A stretch of DNA of 64,000 nt. Source: Vitrella brassicaformis CCMP3155. Taxonomy: Eukaryota > Protista > Chromerida. A model generated the notes under the pieces. It was not told the origin of the DNA and did no database searches. It saw nothing but the letters and a program-made list of their open reading frames with translations. A program made the translations under genes and the position numbers. Within the stretch, counting starts at the first letter, position 1. Every line of letters starts with the position of its first letter. Shown piece by piece: positions 36,918-51,796 of the stretch. The DNA is taken from positions 248,001-312,000 of the forward strand of contig CDMY01000542.1 of assembly GCA_001179505.1 (NCBI GenBank), in the 5' to 3' direction.

Positions 36918-39623
36918 ATGAACGTGCTGTGTTTGCTCTATGCCTGGTTCGTGCCACAATTCCCAAGTGGCATTAACAGCAGAACGGGTCAGTCAGTCCG
37001 CACACACAGACAAGATATGTGCAGGTTCATGTGTGAGAGCGTGTGTGGGGAGTGCAGGTGGCCGCACGCTACGCGGCCAGAACAGTGTGATCGTCCCCAG
37101 ACCAAACTTCCCTGCTGGTAGGGCAACTACACATGCATACATACAGGCATGTACTCCACGAGTGATGCGCATCCCATCCTGCAGACAGCAGCACTTCTGG
37201 CTATCTCGTCGCGCGTGTGTCCATCGCCCAGGGACCGGTACACACACACACACACACACACACACCCCAACATGTGTCTGTCTATTCACTGTCTGTGTGT
37301 GGACGTCTCTCTGTGCACTTCATCCATGTGTATCTGCATTTCAGGTGTCGTCATTTGTGTCGCTGTTCGCCGCTGCTGGCGACGATGAGGGCGACGTCAC
37401 CAAGTCAGAGCAGGACACCAGCAAGAAGCTGCTGACGCCACAACAGCAGCAACAGCCGAAGCAGCATCAGGAGGCAAAGAAGGGGAAGCAAGCAGGCGCG
37501 GAAGAGGTAGGTCAGCCCACACACTTTCAGGGAGGGAGGGGGTCGGTGGTCGGCGTCTGCTGCATGTCAGCTGTGCGTGTCCATCCATTAGGATCTTGAG
37601 TATGATGATGAGTTTTACTTTGACGACGAAGATGAAGACGACGAGGAGGACGGTACGTACGTCATGAATCAACGAACGAACGAACGAACGAACGATGCCC
37701 GTGGCGATGGATGGATGGATGCACTGTACTTGCAGATGACGAGGTCACCGAGCTCACGCGCGAAGGTGCGTACCCTACAGACACGCACGCCCCATGCACA
37801 AACACCCACATTGTGTGTGTCTGTGTGTGTGTACAGATGTGATTCCGCTGATCCTCGAGAACCAAGTGTACCTTCAGCCTAAGGCGGCAGAAGGCGAAAA
37901 CGCCACTGAGGTACATACACTACAGGCACATAGACAGACGTGAATGAATGCAATAATACAGTGAAAGGGCGAGCAACGTCTTCCTCCATTCCATTTTGTA
38001 TATCTACAGGTTGGGGAGTCGGCCGTTCAGTACACCAAGGAGCAGCTGGAAAACATGGACGTGAGTGAGTACGGACGGCACGTCATGTACTGTACTCCTT
38101 CGTTCATTTGCCCTGTCTGTCTCTCTGCCTGTCTGTCTGACACTGACTGTTACGAATGGAACGAATCGATGAACAGGATGACGAATTGGAGGATGTGCTG
38201 TCAGTAGAGGAGAGAAGGGGAGGGGAGGGAGGGATGCGTCGGCTCATGTGTGTGTGTGTGTGTGTTTCCTTTGTTCATTCAGCAACAACGTGATTAATGC
38301 GATGGAGGACATGGACATCATGGACACACTCACACGAGACGACATGGTGAATGAGCTCCTCGAGGACCCCTCTATTCTGCCGCCCGAATACAACAACACA
38401 CAGAAACTCGTACGTCGTATGCATCTCAATGCTCAATCAAGCAGTGGGTGGGTGGGTGCATTGCGTCCACACACACGTCCTCTCAAACGTGTCTGCAGGA
38501 GTGGCTCAAGAACGAGGCGACGGACGAGGAGGTCTACAAGGTGTTCAGAGAAGCCATGCAAAACCTGGACGAGTACGTGTGCGACAGCACAGGCACTACA
38601 CACTGACGGAAACACTTTTGATGAATATCTGTTTGTCGATCGACCGACCGGTCACACAGGGAGGATGAGAGTCCGTCGCGGCGGTTTGTGGACCTGGGTG
38701 ACATGTTCGACGATGAAGACGAAGACGACGTTCGTGACATCCGCGCGCGCACACACAGACACAGACACACGCACACACACGGGTCGCTGGATGTGTGTAT
38801 GGTTGGGTGCGGTGCAGGAAGAAGACGACGAGGACTTTGACGAAGACGAAGATGATTTAGGTCTGTAAGCATCCACGCACACATGATCTGCTCTCCCGAC
38901 TGACTGATGCACATGGTTGTCGTGTGCGTGCGTGTGTGACATTGCACTGCCTGCAGACATCGACGAGGAACTGGATGACAACTCGCCCTTAGGTACGTTC
39001 CGTTCTCACTCGCCCCACCAGACCAGCACACACCTCACCTCACCCCACACACAAACACATTCATGTCTGTGTAGTGTATGTGCACATCCATTCGTGTGTG
39101 TGTGTGTACACGACAGCCCGCTACTGTCTGTCGCGAAACGAAGCCATCAAGTTCGTCGATGAAGGACGGGTAGGCAGCCAACACACACACGCACACACAC
39201 ACACACAAACAAACACACATGTCAGCCAACACGTCACACACGTGGGTGCGCCCGTGCAGGATCTCCTCTCGTCGCCGGTTCCCACACCCACACTCAGGAG
39301 AATGCCCGACGACCGGTCAGTGAACTCGTCGGCCACACAACACACAGATACACAGATAGACGACCAGACCCCTACCTGTGTGCTTGCTATGCGAGTGCAG
39401 GTTGGCGGACATGGTGGGGGAAATCCTGGACAAAGCCGCCACGTGAGCCATCACACCCCCTGGCTCCCTCAATTCCTCCCTCCCACCCTCTCTATTTATG
39501 TGCATATGTTTTGATTCATTCAGTAAGGACGAGTCGGGCGCCGCCCCCAACGCAGAGCGCTTCAAGGACAGCCCCAGCAGCGGCAAGAAGCGATGGTCAC
39601 CCGACAAGAAGAAGACGGCATAG
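36918..39623 (+). CDS. Hypothetical highly acidic (D/E-rich) protein, many short exons, possible N-terminal targeting leader
   Basis: Phase-consistent exons (DLEYDDEFYFDDEDEDDEED; MDTLTRDDMVNELLEDPSILPPEY; EWLKNEATDEEVYKVFREAMQNLDEY; ..KKRWSPDKKKTA*). No family recognised. Confidence 0.6.
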
Positions 39624-40744
39624 CCAGGCAGCCAGCCAGCCAGCCAGCAAAACGCATGACAAATGACCTCGAGGGAGACAGACAGTGCTTAGTGTCCAGA
39701 GATTGCAGCAGGGAAGGGGGAGGGCTCTAGTAGGGTTGGCTTTCATCCGTGCATGTGGGCGTGTGTGTGAGTGTGTTTGTGTGTGTAGAGTGGGTGAGTG
39801 CTGTAGAAGGCAGAAATGGTTGATGGATGGTTGGTGTTCGAACGAACGTGATGTGTGTATTTGTCTGCTTAGTCGCGTCGGAAGGTCGAGTCGTTTTAAG
39901 CTAAGCTATGCTGCTGCTGTAGGAAGGGGCAAAAGAGGTGAGGGGAGGGAGGGATTTCCATCGTTCGTCTGTCCAATGGAGACCCACTGGCACTCGCTCT
40001 CCCGACACACAAGACGCACGCACTGGTCGGATGAATGAACAAGTAATGGTCGGCTGGGTGATTTAAAGTGTCCCCCACGAGTGTACGCGTCAGTCTGTCA
40101 AACAATCGGTTTACCCACATGCATAACATACATGACATGCATCAAAATTGACATGTATGTATGTGTGTACGTATGTTATGCATCACTGCATGTACGTACG
40201 TGTGTTTGGTGCTGCCTCTCTGCAGAGCTCTATGCATTTATCCTCACCTGTGTGTCTATGGTGGCGTGTGTGTGGTGTGTGAGAGAGTGAGGGGGAAAAC
40301 TGACAGAGCTGCCTCGCCGTGTGTGCAGGCAGGCACATACATACATACATACATCCACAGTGACCCCACCCCATTCCACCACATCACATAAGGCCTATCT
40401 CTCTATCCCTCTGTCGACCAATCTCTCTCTCGTCATTCACACACACATGTGTACGCCTATCCACCCACCCACCCATCCATACAAACATACCACGTCCATG
40501 CAATGTAGATATAGAGAAAAATGCATGAAAGAAGGAACGAAGGAACCAACGAATGAATGACGAGGGAGGGAGAGCTGCATACATCACATCCACACGGACG
40601 CACGAACGAACGAACGCACACATCCACCCCACCCATCCATCCAAAGAAACAAAGGCCCGCACACGTCCAAATCAGCCAACGTACGGCAAAATTGACCATA
40701 CACCACACGAACACCGCACCGCAGCATGTCATGGATCTACCTGT

Positions 40745-41974
40745 CTACGCCGTGTCCGGCGCGTCGGCGTTAGCACTCTCGACTGCTTTCTTGGAGGGAC
40801 TTTTGGGGCGCTCCGCCGAGGCATTCTGACGCACCGCTGTACACACACACACACAGACGCACACACACAGTGGTATGGTATGGTATGTCGGCCCCCGCTG
40901 TGTGCTGTGTGTTGGCTGGCTGTCTGTGCGTCCGTCCCCACCGGTGGATCCGTTCTTGTCTGCGAGTGACGACATGAAGGCCAACAGAGTGGCGATCGAC
41001 CTGCGCACACACACACACACACACACAGACAGACGCACAGAGGGGTGCCGGGCTGGGCTGGGCTGTGTGCTGTGGTGCAATGTCTTGTGCGCTGTGTACC
41101 ATGCTTGTGCGGGGCAGGAGAAGTGGCAGGGGCTGCCGCTCTCATTCGTCAGCTCGGGAAGAGACATCCACGGGTCCACCACAATGTGTCTGCGGAGATG
41201 GGTGGCATCCATGTGTGTGTGTGTGTGCGTGTGTGGTGGGTGTGGGTGTGTGTTACTTGCGGTGTGTCTTTAGGTGTCGCATGCACTCCCACTTGACGGC
41301 AGGGCTGATGGTGGGCGAGTTGATGGACCGCAGAAAGGCCAGCTTGGCCATGAGGAAATAACCCACCGGCCAGACCCACTCAGGACCCTGGTGGTAGTTG
41401 AACCCATGCGCCACCGATTTGTCCTCGCCGTCATTGGCATTGTCGTACACACCTGATGCAATGCATCGCATCCATCGCACACACGCACATCCGAATGGCA
41501 TTGTGTGTGTGTGTGTGTGTGGTGTGGAGCAGACAGACGGACGGACCTCTGTAGTTGAGGTCGCTTGGGTCAAGTGTCTTGATGCCGAGCTGCTTCTCGT
41601 CGCCCATCAGGATGCTCTCTATCGTGTGCAGGGCCAACTTGGCGTGATTCTACACACACAGACACACACCACACACCACAGAGAGAGAAAAGGACCCCCG
41701 TATGGTGTGTCTGTGTGTTGGTACCTCTGAGAACATCTCAGGCGCGACGGACATGGCGATACATATGTTGGGTCTGAGCTGGTAGTCGCACCACGGCGAG
41801 CTGGCCTTGTGTGAGTCCTTGTACATCATCCGGCGGTTGATCCACTTCTCCTCCAGGTAGTACGGGATGTCGCTCTGCTCCTCCTCGCTGCACATCACAC
41901 CACACACACACACACAGACACAAAGAGGCGCATCCATCCATCCATCCATCGATCTCTCTCTCTCTCTCTGTGTA

Positions 41975-42005
<31 letters not shown>

Positions 42006-43084
42006 GTGTGTGGCTACCTGGGGACGTAGAAGATCTTCTCGAAGGATGCCTCCAGGATGGTGTTCCACTTCTTGTACAGCACCTCGTTGCCTTGACACAT
42101 AGGCGCCCACACCACACACACACACACACATATATACACATATACACACACGCGTAAGTGCAGACCTGCCCACCCACCCACCCCCACCAGCCCAGCCCAC
42201 CGTTGCTGAGGGTGACCGTCTTGTAGGGAAAGACATCCTCCGGCAAGGATGACACAAACCTGACCAACCGACCGGTGGACGCAATCACACACACGGTGTG
42301 TGCGGTTGTGTCCTGTGCTGCTGCGTGCCTGAGAGCGCTCTTGAGGAGGCCGATGATCTCCACCGCCGCTCCGTCACGCGGCGTCGCCGGGACACCCTTG
42401 TTGCCGGCCTGACAAACATTGTATACAAACACGAGTGAGTGACACACGAATGAAATGAATGGTCCGTCAGTCCGTCAGGTGAGCTACCTTTTCGCTGCTG
42501 CCCATTTTGTCCATCCAGGTGCCGCAGTTGTGTTGGTTGCCGCCGTAGATCATCCCTGCACCCAGACAGAGAGAGAAGGACGTGTGTGTGTGTGCCTGTG
42601 GGGCTTGTGCCGACCCGACCCGACCCACCTCACCTGTGTCAGGGTTCATTCTGATTTTGACGTTGAAACCCTCGTCGGTCATGTGCTCGTCGATGCCCTT
42701 GCCGGCATTCCACTCACGATACTCTATGCCCTACACAAAGGACACACGGACAGACACATAGACAGATAGATACTTACAGACAGGAACAATGAATGCCTCT
42801 CTCTCCCTCCCTGTGTTCTGTCTGTGTCTGTGTGTGTGTGTTTGGACGTGCCTGTGCGCATTGCTGCAAAATGTGGTGGACGAGGTCGGCCAAGTTGCTG
42901 ATTGGCGCTGCAGCCATCTCATCCATCCAACCATCCCAGCCATCCATGCATCCCAGCCATAACGTGCGCACACATCCCTATTCACGTGTGTGTGCGTCTA
43001 TACCGCTGTTGGGGACGAGGGGGTACTTGAGCGTCACTGGCGTCAGCAGAAACTGCACACCTGCACACACACACAGGCGTTGAA

Positions 43085-43115
<31 letters not shown>

Positions 43116-46100
43116 ATGTGTGTGGCGTGCCTTCAGGCGATAGCTGGCAGTACTCCTGGATGGCCTGCATGAAGAACCACGTCGCGTCACGCGCATTGTA
43201 CCGGGGGTTGTTGCCTACACACACACACACACGATCTCTCTCTCTCTGTCTCTGCCATGTCTCTCGGTAGAGTAGGTATTTCTACCGGCGTCGAGTAGGT
43301 TTGGGATGAGTGCGTGTCTGAGCACGCGCGCATAGCCGAGGATCTCCTGCTTGGCCGCTGCGAGCCTCCTACAGAGACACACCACACCACACCACACCAC
43401 ACCACAGCACATAGATCACATAGATCAGCCCACATCCGTCCGTGTATCCAGCCATCCACTGACCCCGTGACGAGGAGGCAGCCCGGCAGCGAGATGAACC
43501 TGACACAAACACATACATGGACACACACACACATACCAACAGATGGGGAGATGAGATGAGTGGCCACAAACGACTGACTGACTGAGTGACGTACGTGTCT
43601 CTTCCCCAGTTGCGCATGAAGCCACTTGAGAAATGAGGCAGACCTACACAGCCACAACCACAAGCCAACCACAACCACACCTGAATGCGGCCGATCTGTA
43701 TGCGCCTTGCTACAGAAACACACATACCGGCGCATAGAGAGGCCATGTTGGTTTCCCACACTGCAGGTAACACAACGGAGTGGAAACAACACACAGAGAG
43801 AGAGTAGGATGTGTGAAAGAAACAGGGCAGCCAGGGAGGGACGTTGTCAGTCACTGTCTGTCTGTCTACCGAGGGGCGCGGACGGCACGTGGCTGTAGAA
43901 CTGGAGTGTCGCTATCGCCAGCTACACATTCACACACACACACACGGGGGGAGGGGGTCTGTGCGTGTCCCGTCGGTCGGTCGTTTCGGGCGTCTGCTCA
44001 CTCACCTGTGTGACGAACTCGTCTTTGCTCTGCGACACGAATGGCGACATCTGCGAGAGCGCCTCGGCGCACGCGGCTCCATACAGAGTGGACATCACCT
44101 TAACACACACACATCCAGACCTCGAAATAGCTTATACAGTTCGATTGACTGGGTGTGTTGCCCCTCTGCCCCTCTCACCCAGTCGAAATAAGTTGGCCTG
44201 AGGAACGCCGGGAGGCTCTCGCGAGGCGCCAGCCAAGCGTCACGTACCCACTACACACACATACACACAAACACAGAGAGAGAGAGAGAGTCTCAACACA
44301 CAAACATCCACACGCACACCCACACCCACTGTGTGTGAGAGTACCTACCTGTCCGATTGGCTGCAGCTCAGGGGTGTCAAAGAGCCGCTCGGCGAGGTAG
44401 TCGAGCATCCAGTCGCCCTCGCGGACATTGACGCACAGGGGATGATTCAAGTTGTGGGTGCGACGCACCTGCACACACACACAGACACATGCCTCTCATC
44501 AGTCTCTCTCTCTCTCTCTCTGTCACACGGACGGACCTCCTCGAGTATAGGGATCACGCCGCAAATACCGCAGTAGGGGAGCGGACCGTGGCTGCATACA
44601 CACACACACACAGCCACACATAAGGCACGCGACGGATGAACCCATGAAGGACCCCGCCCCTTTGTGGGCCCTCGGTGGTTGTCTCTCTTAAAGCTTTGTG
44701 TGTACCCCGGCACATCGTACACGCCTCTCTTGCCCTTCTCATCCACCCACACAGACAGACAGACAGACAGACAGAGAGCGACATGACATCAATCAAGGCA
44801 AGTGTGTGTGTCAGTCAGTGAGTCCATCGCTGTGGTCGCGTGGCGGGTTACATAGGTGCGGTCCTTCTCCTCGTTGTCGCACGAGTAGAGGAGGCGGCTG
44901 ATGCTCGTCAGCGGCACGCCCTTCATGACCTCTGTGATGCTCGGCAGGGCGTGCTCCACCTGCTGACGAACCTGACACACACACACACACACACAGAGTG
45001 AGAGAGAGAGAGAGGGATGGATAAATGGATGGATTGATGGGCGTGTGTGTGTGTGTGAGTGTACCTCTGTCCACCCTTTTGCAGAGAAGACGAGCACACT
45101 GCCGGGGGGGAACTTGTCCAGCCACAAATGGGTTATCGGACCTTTCCAAGACAACGAGGCACATCCATCCATCCATCCACCTCTCTCGCTCTGTGTGTGT
45201 GTGTGTGAGAGATAGTACCTACCGGCGATGTGTGTGCGTGCGATGTCGTCGATCTTGTGGTAGAGGTCCATCTTGCCGCGCATGCCGTTGATGCGGATCG
45301 GGTCGCTGCAGACATTGACACACCCGCCACACAAACACATGTGTTTGTGTCAGTCAGTCAGTCATCACACATACCGTCTGAATGCGCCGATCTCCTCCTT
45401 TGGGATGAACAGGTGCGCTGCCAGGTGCAGCGTCGTGATGCGGCCCGGGATCAGTATCTGGTGTGCACACACACACAGACACACACACACACACGCCAAG
45501 CCAAAAGAACACACAACACACCAGTAGTAATGTAATGACCTCTCTCTCTCTCTCTCTGTGTGTGTGGGTGTGGGTGTAGGTGTGCATCTCTCTCTCTCTC
45601 TATTTACCTCAGGCAGTGGCTTCTGGTACTCGTGCGGCCACCAGAAGGCAGACCTACACACACAAAGGTCCATCCATCCATCCATCCAGCGGACGGACAC
45701 CCACCCCACGCACCGTATGACGAAGTAGATGGTGCTGTGCGTCTTGGGCGAGTGCCGTTGGATCACCGTCAAGTCCTCAGCTGCATGCAAGAATGGAACG
45801 AGTGCCACAACAAATTCGCTGATGCTCGGATGGATGGATGTCGAGTCGTAGCCCTCCAACTCACCCATCAGGTCGAGGTACATCTCGTCGTAGCCCTCCT
45901 GGCCCATCTGCACACACACACACACACACACATCCACACGCGATGCATCCATTCGTCCACTAGTTCGTTGACCCACCTGGTAGTGCAGGTCGTTGAGGAC
46001 CCTCTTTGCCGCCATGATGCCCACCAACTCGTCCCCAGGCAGCCACGCCCTGCTTGACGTCGGACGCCCACCTGCACACACACACCCAAACACCCCCCAA

Positions 46101-47215
46101 CGCACCCAAATCTCCCTCCCTCCGTGTGTGTGTGTGTGTGCACAGCGCAGCGCATCGCATCGCATCAGAGTCCCCACCGATCCGTATGACATTGTTGATG
46201 TTGCCGTCGTCGGCCATGACGGCGGGCTGGCTCTCGTCGATCTGCCAGCAGCCGTCCACCACAAATTTGAACTATACCAAGCCAACACAACACAGCACAT
46301 CAACAAATCGCAGAGAGAGAGGGAGAGAGAGAGAGAGATGAAGATTCATCTCTCTCTGTCAGATCTCTCTCTGTCAGCGAGTTGTGCCAGTGTTTTGAAG
46401 CGGAGAAAGGACCTACCTGGAACTCTTCTGCGTCGGTAGGGAGCTGCTTGCCCACGTAGAGGTCGCACTTGAACAGCCCGTCGCCCTCAGCCGTCATCGG
46501 CTGCATGGCATATACAACCAATCAGACATTCATCCTCTCTCTCTCCCCCTCTCTGTGTTATTGCTGACCTCAGGCACTGTCCAGGAGTCCCATGAGCCCA
46601 CGAGCTGCACCTTACGCCCTCCTCGCTGCCAGCGAATCGTCACCTGTCCGCAACAAACCGACACCCACATCACACACACAAGTATCTTCCGTCATCCGTT
46701 TCGCTGCTCTCTCTTTCTCTGTGGGTGCGTTGTCATGTGTGTGGCGTGCAGACAGACCCTCTTGTCCCACAGTCGCTCTGTGGCTGCCGTCGGGCCCTCC
46801 TTGCCGTTCACCAGCTGCACACACACACACACACACACACATCCATCCATCCACACACACACAACCTCTGCCCCCCCTCCCCCCCCGTCTCTCTCTGTGC
46901 AGAGAAAGTGGCTGTACTTTTTTGCCGGTGGTGGTTGTCTCGGTTGGCACGCTGCGCGCCACCGACTTGGGCACCGCGCCCGGGCCGGTTGAGGGCATGT
47001 GGAATGGGTCGTCCTCGGGGGTCTCCTCCAATGTGTCCTTCGGCTGCTCGACCGGCTCATCCTCTGCACAACCATCACACACACACACAAGGGGCGTCCA
47101 TCCCACAGAGATGGATGGGCGTGTCGGCGCACCGTTGACTTGTTCGGGTGGGAGGTCTTTGGTGGCGAATGGGCTCATCTTGGGCGGTGTGCGGAGGAAA
47201 TCCTCATCTACACAG

Positions 47216-47250
<35 letters not shown>

Positions 47251-50200
47251 AAGAGAGAGAGTGAGAGGCCATCCACCAGAAGCTCACCTGGCGTGTCGTC
47301 GAAGTCCTGATGTATCCGGTGCTCCAGGACCACATTGAGATGGTGGGGAACCAACTCTACACACACACCACACACACCACACACAAGTGACACCCACCCT
47401 TCCCCGTGTGTGCACGTCCATCAGACGCACCGTCGAACCCTCGCGTGGACCCGGTCGCACACACACTGGCCGCCACAAAGGCTGCTGTGGGCAGCGCCTC
47501 TGCTGGTGTGCGCTTCTCTGAGCCAACACACGACACACACACACACATATACACGAACGAACGGGGCTGGGCGTGTGTGTGTGTGTGTGTGTGGCGTACC
47601 AGCCATGGTCTCGTTGTCGTGTGTGCAGTCGAAAAACTGACGAGAGATGGACAATGTACCAAACGAGCCAAGTGCACTCACTGTCACACAGACGTGTGTC
47701 ATCAACTATTCCCACAGGCAACGCACCAGAGCGGTGGCCATGGACGGGTGCAGCGGAACCGGATGAGGCGAAGGGCCTGCACACAGTACACACAGACCAC
47801 ACAAACCGTATCAACAAACCACTTCATCCTTAAAGACCACTTCATCCTTAAGGGCTTAATGGCGTTGTGTGCATACCCCCGGCATTGTTTGCGCCGCCGC
47901 CACCTGCGATGCCGCTGTTCATGAAGAGGTGCCTGTCTTTGGCTGGGATGGGGCTGAACGCACCCACACAACGACCGCCGTACTTGATCACGTGGGCAGC
48001 TGTCGTGAGTGATGCACACACGAGCAGAGAGAAAGAGAGAGAGTTTGTCACGGCATCCCTCTGTGTGTGTGTGTGTGTGTGTGTACCGAGGTCGCCCGGT
48101 GACCAGGTCTGCATAGCCTCTCGGATGAGAGCGTTCAGACCCAACTCGCCCTCGAAGTGCAAATCAGTCGCCTACACACCCACAACCACACCCACAACCA
48201 CACCCACAACCACACCCACAACCACACCCACACCCACACCAACAACCACACCCACAATACAAAACAAACAATGGTCTTTGGTCACATCACATATGGCCCA
48301 CTCAATTCATTCAACGCACCTGCACCCCGGTGAATAGCTCCGCATAGACGAACAGGTCTGAGCGCACCGAGCGGGCCGCGCGTAGCATGTGCTGCACCCA
48401 GTGCACCGCACACCCAGGCCAGCCATTGTGTCGTGTGGCAGCCATACCATACACACACACGTGTGTGTCTCTTTGCGAAGGGACGTCTGTGTGTGCGAGG
48501 GGTGAGTGCGCCCCACGGCGTACCTTGGCCACGTGTATGGGGGTGGAGTGGCAGTTGTCCAGACGCACACCGTGGAATATCTGGGAAACACACACACACA
48601 CACACACATTCGCCCCGCCCCACACGCTTTTCTTTCACCCTTACCACTTACCTCTGCCATGCCCTTGACATACTTCTCCATCCACTGCCACAGAAACGGA
48701 CAACTCTCGGGCGAAGACCCATACCTACACACACAACACAACACAAGACAAGAATAGAATAATGGGTGGAGGAGACCAGATCCCACAACGCACCGCGCCG
48801 CCCCGCCCCCTTTAGTTACCTGAGTTTGATGCAGTCGGTCCAGGCGCAGAGTTCCCTCCGCAGGTACACGAGGCTGCCCGCCGCACCGAAGTCCTTCGTG
48901 GCGTCCCATCCCATCACCCACCTAATGCATGGATGGCACACATCACATTAAACCACACATCCATCCATCCATCCATTCATCCATCTAGGTTCGCCAGAGA
49001 GACGTATGGATGCATCGCTCTCTCTCTCTCACCCGTTGTTGGCCACAGCGGTCTTGGTGCCATCCTTTGCCTGTTTGTTTCGTCCATCAGATCAGGCACA
49101 CACGCGTCGGTCAACGAATGCGTGTGTGTGTGTGTGTGTGTGAAGGAGGGAGGGAGGGAGGCGTAAGCGATGCGCACCGTGACATACGAGAAGTATCTCG
49201 GCGCCAGCAGCTCCCACCGCCTGTCGCCCAGAGGGCCTTTCTTCTGCTCGAGACGCTCCCACCTACACACACACACACACATCCATCCATCCCTCTCTCC
49301 CTCTGTGTGTGTGTGGGTGAGAGGGGGGAAGGGGGGAGGGTTTAGGGTACCGTGCATAGCCCTGTATGGCGCCCTGGATGAAGTCGACGCTCTCGGCAGC
49401 TGCTTTGGTCAGCTCCGCTTGGATGGCCTCAAGCAACGCACTCAGCTCAGCCTTATTGATCGCACACACCACCCACAGAGAGAGAGAGAGAGAGATGCAT
49501 GTCTGCGCGTCTGTGTGCAAGGCGCCCACCTTGCTGGCGCAGACTTGTCGAGAAACCTCGCCCGGCACCGTCATGGCGTTGCGCTTGACGCCGAGCGTCT
49601 TGATCAGCTCCTGCTTGAGGTACTCCTTCTGCCTCTCCTTCGCAGTGGGCGGCACCACGGCAGGGTGGGGGTCCTGAATGAATGAACCACACAAGACACA
49701 ACACACACAACGCACACGAGCCATACAATGCACTGCACACACGCGCGCACCCTCAGACACACGAAGGCAGCGCACCTCATGGGACGGTGGTGGGGGCGGA
49801 GGGGGCGCCAACACACCCGGTGTGCAGTAGACGTCGAAGTCCACTATCTCTGACGGCCTGCATAGCCCCACACACACACACACACACACACGAGAGTGGG
49901 TGAGGTGAGTGGCTGGGCAGCGGAGGGTTGAGGTTGAGGTGGGTACTTGGCGTTCTCGAAGTTTGCTAGGGTGGTCTTGACGTCGATGGTGTACCACTCG
50001 AGCATCTTGAAGGGCTCCAATACCTCCACACGCATCGCAGATATCACCCTGCACACACAGAGAGAGACGCGTACGGCCTCGGCCCCTGCCCCCCCTCTCT
50101 CTCCCTCTCTCTCTCTCTCTCTGGTGCGCACGGACTTGGTGAGCTTCTCCTCGGTGTCAATGTGCTCGTTGATGCCGTATTTCTTGACATGCTTGTGCGC

Positions 50201-51796
50201 TGCACTCATTGCGTCGCACACGCATCCATCCATCCATCCATCCACCCACACAGAGAGGGAGGGCGGTGTGCATCTCTGTCATGTGTACCGAGTATGTCGA
50301 GGGAGAATTCGGCGAGCATCTCGTCGAGCTCGAGGGCGGCCGTCAGGTGGGGCGCTGTGTGGACAGTGTAACCACACTCGGGGTGCTCTGCCACCCTACA
50401 CACACACACACAGAGAGAGAGAGAGGGAGAGAGGGAGAGAGAGGGGGGGCAGGTCTGTCTGTCTGTCTGTCTGTTGGTATGTGTCTCTCTCTGTGGGGCG
50501 GGTGTGGTGTGTACCAGCCTACCATGGGCTGTTGTTTGCCGTGTGGTTGAGGACGATGTCGATGGTGGACAGGACGCCGTGCTCCTTCTCAAACTGACTG
50601 ATTGCCTCCTGTCGACACACAGACACACACCAACACCCCACATACAGGGCCGGCCATCCTATCCCTCCTCCCTCTCTCTGTGTGTGCGTCTGTGTGGTAG
50701 GTACTTTGAGCGCTTTCATCCGCTCTGCGTCGGGGACGCTCTTGGCGTCGTGGAAGAACTCATCGCTGATGGCATTCTGGTCGGCCAGCGAATAGCACGA
50801 GCCGCTCTCGCCTGTTTTCTGCACACACACACAGGGAGACAGGGAGAGAGAAATGGATGGATGGATGGATGGATGGATGGAGGGATGGAGGGATGGGTGG
50901 CCGTACCTGAACAGGTGTGAAGTGTATCATATTGTAGTTGAGCTCTGCGGGCGACTTGATCATCCGCGGCCACCGTCGGATGCGGCCCATGCACCGCGAC
51001 ATGACCGACTGCATCACTATCGCGTTGGGCAGAATGGCCTTCCCTGAACACACACACACACACACACATGACACCTCGCATAGCATTCACACAACGGCGG
51101 CGCACACACAGACAGACAGACAGACAGACACACAGACCGTTGCATTTCAGGACAGGCTCGACGATCAGGTTGGTCTCGGGACCTTCACGCGGCAGCTTGC
51201 TGTCAAACCTACACACAACACACAACACACACGCAACACATCCACAGGCATCTCTCTCCCTCCCTCCCTCCCTCCCTCCCTGCCTGTGTGTGTCTGTAGG
51301 GCACTGCCCACTCACTCTGTGGCGGTGAGTTTGAAGACATACGGCCCGGGCGTCGCGGCGGTGAAGGTGCAGTACCAGTTGCCCAACTCGTCCGAGCTGC
51401 CCTCGTCCTTCGACACCCTACACACACACACACACACACATTGATGCAGGCCCGTTGCTGCGGCAATGGCTAGCTGATACTTACTTGCCGATGGGGTCCT
51501 CGATGTTAAGGCAAGGCTGCTGGTTGAGGGGAAACCCGGCGGGCAGCCACATGTTGATGGTGTCGCCATTCCTGATGCGGAAGTTGCCGTGCGCCCCGTT
51601 CTCGCGAAGGAACCCTCCGGACTCGTCAAACTGACAGTCAACACGCACACACACACACACATGGATCGATGACGCAACACACACATTGCGACATAAAGTG
51701 CTGCTCCTCTCCTCTGTGTGTGTGTGTGTGTAGGGTACCTACCTGCACTTTCCACTCGGTGGGCGGGAGCGGCCCGTCGCCGTCGGTGTCCGGCAT
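40745..51796 (-). CDS. AGL: Glycogen debranching enzyme (4-alpha-glucanotransferase / amylo-1,6-glucosidase), roughly 40 exons
   Basis: [127 protein letters not shown]|S. Confidence 0.97.
48176..48257 (+). repeat. (ACCACACCCACA)n 12-mer intronic tandem repeat
   Basis: About 6-7 copies seen directly within an AGL intron. Confidence 0.85.

Noticed and set aside
36918-39623. Nucleosome assembly protein or S4-domain call for the acidic protein
   Set aside because: No NAP core motifs are present, and the S4-like look (SRNEAIKFVDEGRV..GG) depends on a frame that does not fit the exon phases.
47817-47853. 18-bp direct duplication accacttcatccttaa(a/g)g
   Set aside because: It is intronic in AGL, has no inserted element between the copies, and is most simply a slippage event.
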